Assembly (NCBI RefSeq): GCF_009914755.1
Contig: NC_060933.1
Direction: 5' to 3' (one strand)
DNA: 64,000 bases
DNA from: the human T2T-CHM13v2.0 reference genome, Homo sapiens
The notes beneath the pieces were generated by a model that saw nothing but the letters and a program-made list of their open reading frames with translations, had not been told where the DNA came from and did not search any database. This document shows, in pieces, positions 17,443 through 34,669 of this stretch (positions are counted from its first letter, which is position 1; every line of letters starts with the position of its first letter). The translations under genes were made by a program, and so were the position numbers.

Positions 17443-18191
17443 CCTACAAGCATCCATTAGCATATATGGAGAGTTCATTCACACATAAATGAAAGTCATA
17501 TTTAAATAAAGTATCAAGTACCAAAATGTTTTCTATTATGCCTGTCTCTGATAAAAATAACACTGAATTGCATTCCATTACTTTTCCGTTTTCCTAAACC
17601 CTAGATTGTTTACTGTAGTATATATATAAGGAATAAGTAAACCCATTACATGTGACTGTATCAGGGGCCCTGCTGGAAGTACAGACATGGGCTTTGAGAC
17701 AGCTATTTTTTCAGTAACAGTGGTTCTCAAATATATTTGCTTTAACTAGGGGAGACCTTTTTTGAAAAGAAAAAAATATTGATATTGTGAATATGAGACA
17801 AGTCGTATAAAGCCTGGGCTCCTTGGCTTCTGCAGCCTTACACACACAGAATTGTAAGGTCATACCAAAAAATCTTAGGAAACAGATCTAATCCCATTGC
17901 TTTACTATACAATCAAGGAAACTGAGGCAAAGTCAAAGAATAAACTGGTAGCAAAGCCTGGACCATTTTTCACGAATTGGTTCTCCTAACTATGTTTACA
18001 CCGGAGCTCAAAGCAGTCACCCAGGAGGTTGATAATCTAGTAGTATACCAGATTTACTCTTTGCGACTTGTGAGAACTGACTATTAAATTTTTAGGAAAC
18101 TTACAAGCCAGTTGACTTCATATTGGCCATGTTGAACCTGACTGCAATCAGTGTCAGAGCCCCCCACATTTAACCCTATGAATCTTATTAA

Positions 18192-18506
<315 letters not shown>

Positions 18507-18520
18507 TAAACTTAAAATTC

Positions 18521-18854
<334 letters not shown>

Positions 18855-19269
18855 CTAACAGATATTAAAACATCTGAAATTCTTCCCATTTTTAAAATAT
18901 ACAAAATATCACACCACGCAAAGAAATACAAAGTATACTACGAAAGTACAGATTATTAAAATTTTACAAGCACAACCACTGCTTGAGATGTTGACATTTG
19001 GCCAAGTTAGGCATCTTCACAGGGTACATAAATAATTAATTGTCCTTGTACCCGCTTCTAGAGATTTGAGAAATTTCATGAAAAGTTTCAAGAAAACCAA
19101 GCCAGACTCTTAAGAATTACAGAATAAATCTACACATAAATGTGGACTTCTTACTATGTACAAGACATTGCAAGTTTTATAAAAGATACAATTAACAGTA
19201 AAATCTCAGCATCCAGAGCTCTTAGGAAATTAATCATTCTGGAAGGGCACAGAGTCAAGGAGATGGAAC

Positions 19270-19490
19270 TTTATATTTATTGAGCACCTGTTGTGTGCCA
19301 GGTACTATGCAAAACATAAAAGATTTTTTCATTCATTCTTCACAAGTCCTCTGAGATAGGTATTATTATTCTCATTTTACCAATAAGGAAATCGAAGCTA
19401 AGAGAGTTTAGTCACTTGGCCGAAGTCTTATATTAAGGGTCAAACTGGGAATTCAAGACCAAGTTGGTCTGATTTCAAAATATGTGCTCA
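19270..19490 (-). mobile_element. MIR
   Basis: TTTATTGAGCACCTGTTGTGTGCCAGGTACT...CTCATTTTACCAATAAGGAAATCGAAGCT. Confidence 0.8.
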
Positions 19491-20073
19491 TCCAAATATC
19501 CAGCATTGCCTCTCCAGGTTTCTACCATTTTAGACAAGAATTTTCTGAAAAGGTGCTGCCTATTACCCTGTTTTAAGCAGGACATATCTTTCTTGATAAT
19601 TAAACATCAATTAATATCTGGTAATATCTTTAGGCTTCTAAGTGCTTAGGGCTTCCTACTTGACTTGGCATGGGAAAGAGGAGCTCTGGGAAGGCTCTGT
19701 TTTCTTAAATTCAACTATCTACCATTTTATCCTTTCATAGTTAGTTATAATTATTAATTGTTTGCCTAACATTTGCCTTCTTCCCAGTTCTAGAATTTGC
19801 TATTTTATTTTACTATGAATCTTTCCAATGGAATATTAAGTAGTCATTAAGAAGAATGGAAAAAAAAACTGTAAATACAGATAAACAACATCTCCAAACA
19901 AAACATGAGTAAAAGGCAAGATGCAGAACAGTAAATACTGTGTACTATCATTTATGGAGAAAGAGAAAAACAGGAGAAAGAGAGAGTAGAAAAGAAAAAC
20001 TGAGGAGGTAACAAATACTTCTAAAATGGGGCTAAGCTATTGCTAGAAATACCTTTCAGGATCTGGCAAATAA

Positions 20074-20370
20074 GTCTGGGTGTGATGGCTCACGCTTGTA
20101 ATCCCAGCACTTTGGGAGGCCGAGGCAGGAAGACTGTTTGAGCCTAGGAGTTCAAGACCAGCCTGGGCAATATGGCAAAACCCATCTCTACAAAAAATAC
20201 AAAAATTAGTTGGGCATGGTGGTACGTGCCAATGGTCCCAGCTACTCCAGAGGCTGAGGTGGGAGGGTCACCTGAGCCCGGGGTGGTCGAGGCTACAGTG
20301 AGTCCTGAGCGTGCCACTGCACTCCAGCCTGGGAGACAGAGTGAGACATTGTCTTAAACATTTAAAAAGA
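20074..20370 (+). mobile_element. AluJ
   Basis: TTGAGCCTAGGAGTTCAAG and GAGGCTACAGTGAG. Confidence 0.92.
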
Positions 20371-20402
20371 AGGAATCCAGTAAACAGAAAAAAAGGAGAA
20401 TT

Positions 20403-20706
20403 TGCCCGGGTGCAGTGGCTCATGCCTGTATCCCAGCACTGTGGGAGGCCAAGGTGGGTGGACCACTTGAGGTCAAGAGTTCGAGATCAGACTGGCCAAC
20501 ACGGTGAAACCCCATCTCCACTAAAAATACAAAAATTAGCCAGGCATGGTGGCAGCCGCCTGTAGTCCCAGCTACTCAGGAGGCTGAGGCAAGAGAATTG
20601 CTAGGACCCAGGAGATGGAGATTGCAGTGAGCCAAGATCAGGCCACTGCACTCCAGCCTGGGCAACAGAGCGAAACCGTCTCAAAAAAAAAAAAAAAAAA
20701 AAAAAA
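20403..20706 (+). mobile_element. Alu (S-like)
   Basis: Full dimer with a long A-tail. Confidence 0.94.
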
Positions 20707-20764
20707 GCAATGGACCATTTGTTTTCTCTGTGTAAGCTTCTGTACTTTTTTTCACTTTTTATAC

Positions 20765-20791
<27 letters not shown>
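20765..20791. repeat. (TA)n microsatellite
   Basis: About 13 perfect TA units. Confidence 0.95.
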
Positions 20792-20796
<5 letters not shown>

Positions 20797-21280
20797 TAAC
20801 AAAATAAAAAAATTAATATATAATGATGGCCCTGAAAACCAAAGAGAGTTTTGGAATTTTCAGGTTCTAAGCAATATATGGGGGAATGACTATCTTAGAA
20901 ATTCAGTATGTAAGCTTGTAAGCTTTGTTTCATTCTCCAGGATGCTCAAAGCACAGTTCCTGCCTGCTTTTCAACTGTGCTCATATTAGCCCAGTATGAA
21001 TATTTAAAACAAAGTCCTCTGATTTCACATCATTTACAGTATAGCTGGAGAGACTATATGTAAATGTACAAGTTAAATAAAAGATGTAAATAAGCACTCT
21101 CTTACAAAAGTAGAAGTCTACAAATCAGTACACGTGTTGTTAGTTATAATATATCCAGGAACATACGTTATTTGGTTAAAAGAGCAATTTGAGCCAAGAT
21201 TCTTAGACTAAGGAGAATATCAAAAGGCAAAGAGAAGAGAACATTCCAAATGGGTGGGGGAAGCACGAATAAAAGTATAA

Positions 21281-21559
<279 letters not shown>

Positions 21560-22199
21560 TAGTGTAAGGATGTAAAGATGCACTGTTCCTTGGATAGATG
21601 AAAGATATTATTTAATAAGACATGAGATTAGAAAGCGTATATACAGGCAAACTGTAGAGGCCTTGAAATTTGGACTTCAAATTTCTGAACACAGTAGTTA
21701 AGTAACAGAAGTTATGTTTCATCTAGGAATGGTGAATGCAGCAGAAAACAGAAGTATTAAATTAGGGGATTTGTTTGTATTCAAATATTCCCCTAGAACA
21801 TAAGCTCTAAGAACGAGGAATTTTATCAGTTTTATATTCATTTACACTGCATGCATTTACACTTGAAACTATAGTAGACACTAATAGGAAATGGACAGCC
21901 CATCACAGAGCATGAGGACCTAAACTAGGTAATTGTGAGAAATAAATTAACAATTTAGAGTTTTGTTTTCTGTTTTAAAGAATCTACGAGAACTGATACC
22001 TAAAATAATTTTAGCTCTAAGGGAAAAGAAGCAAAAGATAATTATAGGATTTCTAGTTGGAAAAAATGGTGAAGGTAGAAATATAATTTGATACTTATAT
22101 TTGTACCAATACATGTACTATACAGTTAAAATATTTCTACCTAAAAATATTTTCTGAAATTAAAAATGGCTGAACACTAAAATTATGCTCTATCTTCAA

Positions 22200-22720
22200 T
22201 TCTCTACCATCTACTACTGACTGGCATCACACCCAACAGCATATGGCTTTACCACTCATCTCTAAACTAATGTCATATCATTCCCCTTACAGAACCTACT
22301 TTTGCCTTGCATTACGGAGATGTTAGACATCATCTATACATTTGACCAGTAGATCATCTATCCTGTCAGATGCGAATGGGCATCCCTCCAGAATGCCTGG
22401 CATACCCAATGAGCAAATGCAAGAGATCTCTCAAACAAACTCTAGAATCTGCCAGATTTCTACAACAGAATATCCTTCTTACTTAGGTCCCAAGTTCAGT
22501 ATCTCTGAATTAGACCGTAACACATTCTTGCCAAAACCGCTGCCACCCTGTTTTCAACTCTTTGTTAATGAACGATTAAGCCTCCCACTCATCAAGGCTT
22601 GAAAGCAAATTCATGTCTGCTTCACCACTATATTCCTACCATGCTTGGCATGCTGCCACATATTCAGAAATGTTGAAAAATTTGGGTGAATGAATGAACA
22701 CAAGATGAATAAATGAATGA
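22200..22720 (+). mobile_element. L2 3' fragment
   Basis: CTCTTTGTTAATGAACG...CTCATCAAGGC and the terminal GAATGAATGAA repeat. Confidence 0.55.
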
Positions 22721-23447
22721 TTACAGTAACACAGAAGTTTCTGGGCTAGGGAGATGAATTCAGGAGATGCTTCCACTGACTGGTACTTCAGCGGCAATGG
22801 CAGGCATTGCTAACCAAGTACAGAGTTGTGTCTTTTTTCTCTGGCCCACCTCAGACTCTCAAAGCATTCACCAACCATCAGTCTAAATTCACCCACAAGA
22901 TTAAATATATCTGTCATCCCAGAATTATACCTTTTTTAACATTCCAAATTGGTATCATTTAAAAAGCTTTTCCAGGTAAGCACAAGGAAAACATTTAAAA
23001 CATCACTGAAGTCTAAAAAAAAACTACAAAACTGTGAAATAAAAAAAACTACAAAACTGTGAAAACTTAATTCTAAAATATTCTCTTAAATTGCATTGAA
23101 AATGGTTTAAAAAAAAAAAAACCCTAGTATATTGTGAGCACTGGAGTACTGGATGAGTAAATGTAAACTAAGGAGCTCATGCGTTCTCCATGATCCATTC
23201 AGCACACAAATGTTACATGCTTTCAAGGAAAACACAGTATCACATCTAAGAGATCAGCAATGAACTCTCTCAAGAAAAAGTCTTATCTTTGCTCCCTTTC
23301 AAGAAATCTCCCTATCTCTCGACTTCCCTTGCATTGCAGATTAATTTTTCTCAAAATAAAAGTAAATATCAAACACTGTGAAGAGTCATAAATCATATAA
23401 AAAGTTATTATTGTTCTAGAAATATAAAGCTGCTGTCCCCAGCACAA

Positions 23448-23561
23448 ATATATATATGTGTATATATATATGTATGTATATATGTATGTGTGTATATATA
23501 TATGTATGTATGTGTATATATATATGTATGTGTGTATATATATATATATGTATGTATATAT
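23448..23561. repeat. Compound (TA)/(TATG)/(TG) microsatellite
   Basis: About 113 nt of alternating purine-pyrimidine sequence. Confidence 0.95.
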
Positions 23562-23591
23562 AAAATTAAAGATTTTTAACAATTATTTTCA

Positions 23592-23948
<357 letters not shown>

Positions 23949-26398
23949 CTAATAATTTCTTTTAAGAAATTACGTCTTTTAAAAAATAAGAGATCCGAAG
24001 ATAAACTGGGTTTACATTTCAGATGATAAGCTGTTTTGGCTCAAAATTTTGTTTTGTTAAGTTATGTTTTACCAGTGCTTGAACATAATAAACAAACTAC
24101 TATGAAAAATTAAAGGCTACAATATTTGCAAATGCTTTCACTTCCTTTTTAGATAGTCCAAAGCCTACTGCTTTAAATACAATTAACTATAACCTGAAAG
24201 TTTAGCTTCAGGGCACATTCAGACTGTATCTTCACAATATTAAAACAACTGATCAATGAAGTCAATGTGTTTGGGCGGCAGTAGTTAAGTCAAATGAGAC
24301 GTTTCATGCTGTTGTACACAAAATAACCAGCTGACTGAAGCTGTGAATTAGTAGTTTAATCTTAGAAGTAAAATTCTTACGCAGTCTTAGAGAACAAGTC
24401 ATTCTTACAAATTACTTGGCAATCACACATTTTAAATACAGCCTCTCAAATTGCTAGATTTTTTTAATGACACACAAGTTACAAAATAATCTGTATAGTT
24501 TTCTTTTTATTCTAGATTCTCTCTCTAGAAACATATATATCATCAAGTAAACAAAATCGCAACAATCTTTTTTAAAATAAGAAAGAAAATACAATAACTT
24601 GCCGTATTTGTGCATTCCAAAGAAACTACAGGAGTGTGAGCTGGCACAGCCAATGCTAAATGTATTCCACATGGTTATTAGCCAGTAAGTTTTGAAAAAG
24701 GGAGAGAAAATCTGACACTTAGGGTTTCTAAATGAATACAGTGCACTACATTCACTCTCAGTTATGATTCTGGATGCACAGTTTAATATGATTAAAACTT
24801 ACAGAACTGCACAGAGCCTAATGTCAGGATGTTTCCATGTCCCTCAACATCATATGAATATCCCAGGTCAAATATAACATGACACTAAAGGTCTGGAAGC
24901 AAAGTAGATGACCTGAAACTGTGTATTTTAACAGATCTCATTGACTCTTCTTTTCAATGACTGTGGGACAAACACAGCAGTTTGAATAGTAACAATGGCT
25001 GTTAAGGTAAAGCTTAATCCCAAATGTGTAAGCATAAAACTACATTCTTCAAAAAGATTTTAGAGTATATTTTATTAAATCCTGAAATGCATGTCCTGGT
25101 AAATTTCTATATAAATTTGATTTACAAATTCCAGTGAAAATGTGCCACAGCTGGCAGAATAAATTACTGCAATAAATCATTATTAAATAACTGTAAATCT
25201 TTGTAATGACATAAAGCCTAACTTTTAAAAGTATGCAGAAGTCAACATTTGGTTCAAGAAAAGCACTCTTCACACGGGAAAGCAAATTACAAAACTTATC
25301 ATGCCAACACTACAATGTGATTCAGTGACTAAACAGGGAAATAAAATTCACATAAATAGTGCTTAAATCTACAGTGGAGTTGTGTTCACTATTGCATCAA
25401 AACAAATTGTATGGCAAGGGGTAAACAGACTCAAGTTTTTAACAGTATCAATCACACTGCCAACGGGTAAGTCTTACATGTACAGCTGGATCCAATATTT
25501 TGTTAGACAATAAAAGCATATTCCAGGTATCAATCAGCAAGCCCAGTATGTCCCTTCTCTGAAGCTTCATAAATATTTCTTCAAAATAATCTATTTTTCC
25601 ACCACCACCCTCTCTTCCATATAGAACACCATCCTACTTCAAAATAAACTTTAAAAATATCTATACAGAGTTCTATTCTTTTTGATGTGGAGCAGATGGG
25701 TAGTTACAGTAATCCATACTTTAGATATCACTTGAAGTGAATCACACTGAATGTCTATGCCTTACTGAGCGCTGTGAAGCCTCCATATGCCAAAGTGCAG
25801 ACACTTGGTACTTGTGTCACAACCAATGGGGTCCATGGCTCCAGCCCAGATGGGCTCCAGCAAAGCAAGAAGCCTCAGAGTGCTCGCTTATAGCCTGTAA
25901 TTGCTGCCTCTGTCTCTCAGAAAGGGTAAATTATTAACCGACACTCTCAGAACTGTCTAAGATAAACTCATTAGAACTGGTGGTCTACAGAATATTTCAC
26001 ACTGCCAGTTGGTAAAATCTTTGTCCAAGGCATCACTGCCTACCTTTTTATGTATTTATCTTCAGCTCACAGTCAGTCATCACAAAATGAAATGTCCCTG
26101 AGCGCCATTTCTACCTATTTTCCTACTTGCCAAACCCCAGAGTTCCCTAAAGTGTCTCTGGATAAGAACCTTTGCCTCCTCCACCAAGTGCAGAATTTAT
26201 CAGTACATGAGTCTGATTCAGAAAAGTTGCCCCAACCCAACAAACTTGCAAACTGACCTGTCCGATATAATAAAGAGCAAAGGTCACTGCTATTTTAATC
26301 CAGATCTAAATGTTCTTGTAAATACAAATGGGAGGGTCTTTCCCCCACCCCATATTTCATTTTCCAATTATAGGTTCAGTTATAGATTCAAATAGTCA

Positions 26399-26699
26399 TT
26401 TTTTTTTCTTTTTTCTTGAGACAGAGTCTCGCTCTGTTGCTCAGGCTGTAGTGCAGTGGCACAATCTCGACTCACTACAAGCTCCACCTCCCAGGTTCAA
26501 GCGATTCTCCTGCCTCAGCCTCCTGAGTAGCTGGGATTATAGCCACCCACCACCATGCCCAGCTAATATTTGTAATTTCAGTAGAGATGGGGTTTCACCA
26601 TCTTGGCCAGGCTGCTCTCGAACTCCTCACCTCAGGTGATCTGCCTGCCTCAGCCTCCCAAAGTGCTGGGATTAGAGGTGTGAGCCACCGCGCCCGGCC
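26399..26699 (-). mobile_element. Alu (Sx-like)
   Basis: Full dimer in reverse. Confidence 0.95.
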
Positions 26700-27644
26700 C
26701 CAGCCATCTTGTTTTCAATATGCAGCAACTGATTCACTAAGATCATTATTAAATGCATCCACCCAAGAAGCACTTGAGGGCCACAGTCAGCTATTTCTTC
26801 CCAACAAGATACTTCCCCCTTCACCTCCACTTCCAATCCACACAAAGCCATTCTCCACATATTGCCCACACTTATGGGAGAGCAAAGCATCTGTGCTGTG
26901 GCCTCAAAACCTGACACATTCCAGACCAAATAAATACACCAGAAAAAGGATACCTGACTCTGTAAAAAGGTATAAACATCTAGAAGTTATGTGTGGAAAT
27001 AACTGAAAATATTTCCAAATAAGCAACAGTTCAAAAAGAGAGAGCAAGAGAGCATGAGAAGACACATGGCCTCAAATGGAGGGAGGCAGAAGCACACTGG
27101 GTGCAGGAAAACAGTCCACAGGAGACCCAGGGGACTGAAGAGAATGCATAATCAGTGAACAAAAGGAAAGGAGGCTGTGGGGGGACACCACCTCAGAACA
27201 TACCCTATTAACAGAAAAGGGCAGGAGTCTAGATTACAAGAGTAGGTGATGTAAACTTTTAGCTACATTATCCAGGAAAAGTAGTCAAAAGATGAAAGTG
27301 TCGACCACTGCTGCGCTTAACCATTAGGGTAATATCACTATGCTAACTATGCAATTATATGACAAAAGAGATGACCCCCCCATCCTTTCTTCCCCATCCC
27401 ACCGTTCCATGTCCCTAAGCTACCCAGTACATTCCCAGGGTTCAGTACTACCTGTTGACGGCTAGTAAATGTCTATATTTAGCCTAGATCTCCCTTCTCC
27501 ACTATGAATGCACTCCTGTCATTTCCGGGGCAGTGTCTAATAGAAACTTCAAACTTGACATCTTCCCAAGTGTCTGTCTTATTACTCCTCAAATCTGCTC
27601 CTCCTCCAGCGCTGCCTACCTCAGTAAATGGCACCATCTGCTAT

Positions 27645-28149
27645 TGAGGGCTTGGAAAATGATTTTCTCCATTTATAAAAGACCATTTTATCCTTCTCCG
27701 CTTTTCTTAGGAGTGTTTCCTTGGAGACATTGTGAATCTGAGTCCTTACTCTAACCTTTGGAACAGAGATAAATCTCTCTAAGGATTAAGTTCAGTCTCC
27801 AGTTTTTACAATGTAGAGATACGTCTAAGTCATGTGCCAAACCAACGCTAGATATGTGAAAAACAACCCTCTGGGATTAACTCAGGTGTCTCTCATGAGA
27901 TGTACAGAAGACTATCAAAAGGGACAACCCTTTCTTTGTCTCTCAAAGGGATGAGAAGTTATTAAGAATATACTTTCTTCTGCTGTTCTGTATTAACTGT
28001 GATTTTGTCCCCAACTTCATAGCCACTTTTGAGATATCTTACATACCTGCAAAATCTTTTTATGCCTACTCAATAATAAATTATATTCTCTCTCTCTTCG
28101 CTGTGGATAATATGTCTTTTTTGTTGGCATGATTATTTTATTTCCCCAA
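27645..28149 (+). mobile_element. Probable solo ERV LTR (~505 bp)
   Basis: Starts TG and ends TTCCCCAA. AATAAA lies about 70 nt before the end. Near-identical 4-bp flanks CTAT/CTAC. It interrupts otherwise contiguous L2 sequence. Family not identified. Confidence 0.55.
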
Positions 28150-28549
28150 CTACCTCTCCCTGCCTCTCTGACACCCCACATGCAGTCAACCTCCAAATCT
28201 TTCTAGTTTATCTCCTAACTGTCTCTGGATCTATCCTCCATTCCTCTCTCTATTACTCTGGTACAGACTCTCATATTTTGACAGCTGAAATAGCCTCCTA
28301 CCTCAGCTTCTTGGAGTCACCTTTTTCTCCCTTCCAATACATTCTTCAAATTGCAGCTGAGGTTCCAAAATCATTTAAGAGGACCCTGTAAGATTTGATC
28401 TCTGCCAACCTAACCATCTTATCACCTTCTCACAGTGATCTCAGATTTTCTCTGCTCCAGACATTCTTTCTTTGCTTTAAAGCTTTTTTCTTTCCTCATT
28501 CCTGAACCTCTCCCCTTGCCTTCAGAAATGGTTTCTTAAACTAGACCTA

Positions 28550-28906
<357 letters not shown>

Positions 28907-29763
28907 CTAGTAATTACTTAATTTCTTTCTTATGGGTCAATAAGCACCATGATGGCAGGGCTCTTTGAACCTATATCCCCAGTGCCTAGTACAGACAGAC
29001 TCAATAAATACTTCTGATTGAATGTTCCAACATACTAGCCATGAAAGTAGACAAGCAGCTTAAAAGCTATTTAAAAGCATGTAGATTTACCTAATTTATT
29101 ATACGTATTTACAGTGATCTTAAATCTCTTGCTATATGGTACAACATCTTGAATCCTGTCATTTTCTAACTAAATAGGAAACGATTATCTGAAGAATCAG
29201 AACTCCCCATCACCACTACTTTCTGGCTACCATCAGTGTCCAGCTTATCAAGACAGAGATAAACTCACTCATGCCCTGGCGCTTGAGTCCAATAAACCCT
29301 TGAGCAATTTCTTGACAACTGTCGAACATGACAGAAATCGAAATGTGAGAAATATCTGTCAAAAGTTTGGAGATACTTCTTAAGACCTAACACACTTACA
29401 TTCCTACATTTCCTTAAGCCCCTTTCTCAAAACTCCATTGTTAACAACAACATTAACAATAGCTAATGAAAATGTTGACTATGTAATTTTACTGTTTCCA
29501 ACAATTATTGACTGCCTACTATATTCCTGGTACAATGGTAGCAAAGCAACCCTTGATTTTAAAAAGAAAAAAAAAAAAGCATACTTGCAAGGTCGCATCA
29601 AGTTCGTTCTGTTATTTAAAAGCAAAATTAATTGTAACAATCCATTATAATAAAGTCTTATAAATTACAATTTTATATGCAAGCAAATAGCTTTTTGTTC
29701 CTTTACAGTATTTAGAGAGTTTGGTGATAATTTTATTCAAGAAATTACAAACACAAAGCAAGG

Positions 29764-30557
<794 letters not shown>

Positions 30558-31567
30558 CAAGACATACAAAAATGTTAGGTTAGCATTCTACACTGAGAAT
30601 TAATAGCATTTCTAATTATCTGGTATTTAAAAATCTGCCAATTTAATATAAGGCTAAGGCACAATATATCCATCAATCTTATTATCACAATCAAAAATCT
30701 TTGAAGAATCAACTGGTTGTATTTATACTCACAGATGTAAAATTAAATCAACCTTTTAAAAATATTGTTTAAATTATCTTTCATTTGAATGGGAAAAGTA
30801 TTCTACGGTCAAAGTTCATGTTTTTGTTATAAACACAGATTCCTAAGGAAATTTGTTCTGATTTTTAGCAGTAATAAATTCCAGGAAACTAATTCATTTA
30901 AAGTAGGTTATAACACTTAACTTCATGGTAATCATTTTCAGTTCACACCAAAAACCAACGTACAGAAATGGATTACAAGTTACTACTCCAACAGCTGGCT
31001 ATAATCTCACACTTCTATAATAAGAAAGATATGATTTCATACAAAAAATCGAGGCAATTGGAATTGAGGCTTAATTCACTAATTGCTTTTACTATTTTTG
31101 TACTTTGTTATGATAAGGGTCTTTTTCCACAGAAGTCAAGGACCACAAATTAATTTTGTTTTATTCAAGAACAGTATGTTTTCTGTATAGATATTAGAGA
31201 GGACTTTAATGGAAAGTATGGTAACTTTTAAGATTTCAGGAGGAGGAAAACCACCAAATATATTTTCCTTAATTTTTTTTTACACTGAAATCTTATTGTC
31301 TTGATAGAAGTTTATAAACTGAAATGAAAATTAACACTATCTATATGACTCAGTGTTAAATCCCTCAAAATACATAGGAAGAAAAAAGGAATACTAAACA
31401 TAGCTTGAAAACAAATCAAGAGAACAATCATTCTTAACCATGCCATTTATATATAATTCCATTTTATTGGTATCTATTTTAAATCTGTGAAGGCATTCTA
31501 CAATCACAACTGAAGGTAGAAGTCACATAAATATCATAGAATACCTCAATTTTTGGAGACATAAACT

Positions 31568-31865
<298 letters not shown>

Positions 31866-32195
31866 AGAGACAGAAACTCTTACGAGCTAAGTATTTTCTG
31901 AATTTTATTTGCAGTGAGAATGTATAGGAAATAGCTATAATGATACTTCCATGGGGGAAGGCAGGACAGGAGAGGGTCCTATCAAAGACCATCTAAGTAT
32001 ACCACCAAGTAATCAGCTTCATTTTAAAACTAAGCCAAAAAAGACAAATTCAATGTAACCTCCTCAAGGTGAGTAGTATTTTTCAAAATACCACTGCTGT
32101 TCAGCAACTCTCAGAAAAATGTACCCACACTATTGGGTGGAATATAAATAGCTAAGTCATTTAATAATTTGTGCATCCACATATTGGGTCTAAAT

Positions 32196-32372
32196 CATGC
32201 ATTTTCAATAGGGGTGAAAAAATTTAGATATTACAACGGTTTATGGTCCTTTAAAGTTCAACCCTGCCAGACAAAATCTTATTCTTAGGATGTAATGAGG
32301 GCCTGGCTGGGAGGAGGTTGGATAAAATGCCTAAAAAGGCTCCTTAGGCCCTGATAGTGAAAAAAAGGTCCA
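32196..32372. mobile_element. hAT-Charlie MITE (MER112-like)
   Basis: TTAGATATTACAACGGTTT...ACAAAATCTTATTC...AAAAAGGCTCCTTAGG...TGAAAAAAAGGT resembles the recalled consensus. Confidence 0.6.
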
Positions 32373-32803
32373 ATCCAGGATAAATCCAAGCCTGGTTAGC
32401 AACTACAGGGATATGAATACCAGGAGATCCCCAGTAATCTGCGTTAAGTCCATCTAATCCTACAGCCAACACCTCCACTGGTTCTAAGGCATCTCTAAGG
32501 ATAACCCAGTTGGACCATGTAAGAAATCAACAAAAATCATCATAGTCCAATGAGTCATTTGTGAACTCACCAAAGGTGTATCTAACCACAGAGAAGGTGG
32601 CAAGGGAAATTAATTTAAATTGTGTTTGAATTCTAATGAACAGAAAACAAAGTTGCTGACAGGAAATTTGGGGAGGAGAGGGAAACAGGGGAAAAAATAA
32701 TGAGTGCTGCAGCATTTCTTTAAAAAAAGAAAGAAAAAAGAAAAGTAGGTAACAATGAACCAAGAAGTTCTGTTATCCCTTATCCCCACTTAAGAATTTT
32801 CAG

Positions 32804-33114
<311 letters not shown>

Positions 33115-34669
33115 AGTTTTCACATGTGGTATGAAAAGATGAAAAAATATTTCTGGTATAGAGGTAGCAATAGTTAGCTGCAATTTCAGAGGTAATTCCA
33201 CTTGTTTTACTCTTGATGCTGAAAAACTAATATTATACCTATAGCAAACATACGTCTCTGATTTTCCACAACAATCCCAATTTCATATAATTGTATTCTT
33301 CCTCTTCAAGAAACTGATTCTAAAATACAAAACTATGATATAATCTAAGATTTTTCAAACAAACAAATCAATACCAGAAAATCCATTGTTAGACTCTTAT
33401 GCTTTTGCGGGGAGAGGGAGTCAGAAAAGCAAACCATTCTATTTAATTTATAAAGCAACATACTCGTAAGTTCAGGATTCTAGTTATGGAAGCTGGAAAA
33501 CCAAATAATAAATGATGGATGTCTTTACCAATTTATATTTATTTATGGCTTAATTATTCAGTACTCATAATTATTCCAGGGCTCCCTTAAATAATATTTT
33601 TGATGAACAGAAATAACTTACATTTCAGACCATGACACTCAACTGTCTTAAGTTCCACCTAACTACAAAGGCCCATGTTTGAGGAATTAGTGCTCTGTAG
33701 CTGATGAAATTGAAAATGCTACCAAGTTACATGTAAATGGTGGAGCAGAGTAATCAGTCCACAAATAAGGTAACAGAAGTAAAATTTATCATGATACTCA
33801 AAGTACCAAAAATTAAAAAGAATGAACATGGAAAGTAGCAAAACTTTTTAGCCAAGAAGAACCAATAGAGTCACCAACATCAGCTTCAGAATGTTAAGAT
33901 AAAGGACAGGGTAGGTTACTTTAGAATAGTGATATTTGTGAGATCAAAAGAACCCATGCTCCAGGAAGCAAACTCTTCACTCTGGAAGGTGAGCGTTGAT
34001 CCTCTATTTTTTCATGGACATCATCAAGTTGGTGCCATCCAAGGCCATATGGAAGTACCTCACCTTCTGGAATTTTTTATGAGGTGCAAGGGAGGAAGTA
34101 TTTGAGATGAAATGCCAGAAGGGGCTGATGTAGGAAATACAATCATCTCGTACAAAATGCCTTTGAACACTATCCAAAGACATCCAGAGATCTTTACCCA
34201 CCCTACCCCCAAATGTTTTTCTCTTTCCTAGTAAAACAGTATTTCGAAAAAACAAAGAAAATGAAAGTTGCAAGTGGGAATGAATCAAAGCCCACAATCC
34301 ACTTCAAAACCCCTGGATGTGCACATTACAGAAAGGGGAGATCAGTATCCAGAGAGGCACAATGAACTTCCCACTTTAGGAGACCCAACACCAACAGCAG
34401 TTCCCAGGAAATAACACGAAGTAGACTACAGCTACCCCATTTGTCTCAATTTTCTATTTTCATTTTTGTGTTCCTGGTTTTGCTATTTGTTCTCCAAAGT
34501 AACAGACAGAGACAACGAGGAACAGAGCCTGGCTTCAAGAAGAAAGAGAAAGATAACCTGACCGCTTAAGGTCCTCTGTCAACTTCTGGATTCCACAGAA
34601 CATATTCTGAGATGACTGTTTAGCATTAAAAAGTGCCCCCTTTGTATACAGCACTGTAATAAAATAACA

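Noticed and set aside
33740-34200. Coding-looking stretch with ORF 34004-34297
   Set aside because: No recognisable protein or convincing splice sites. It may be a very old LINE fragment that I could not classify.
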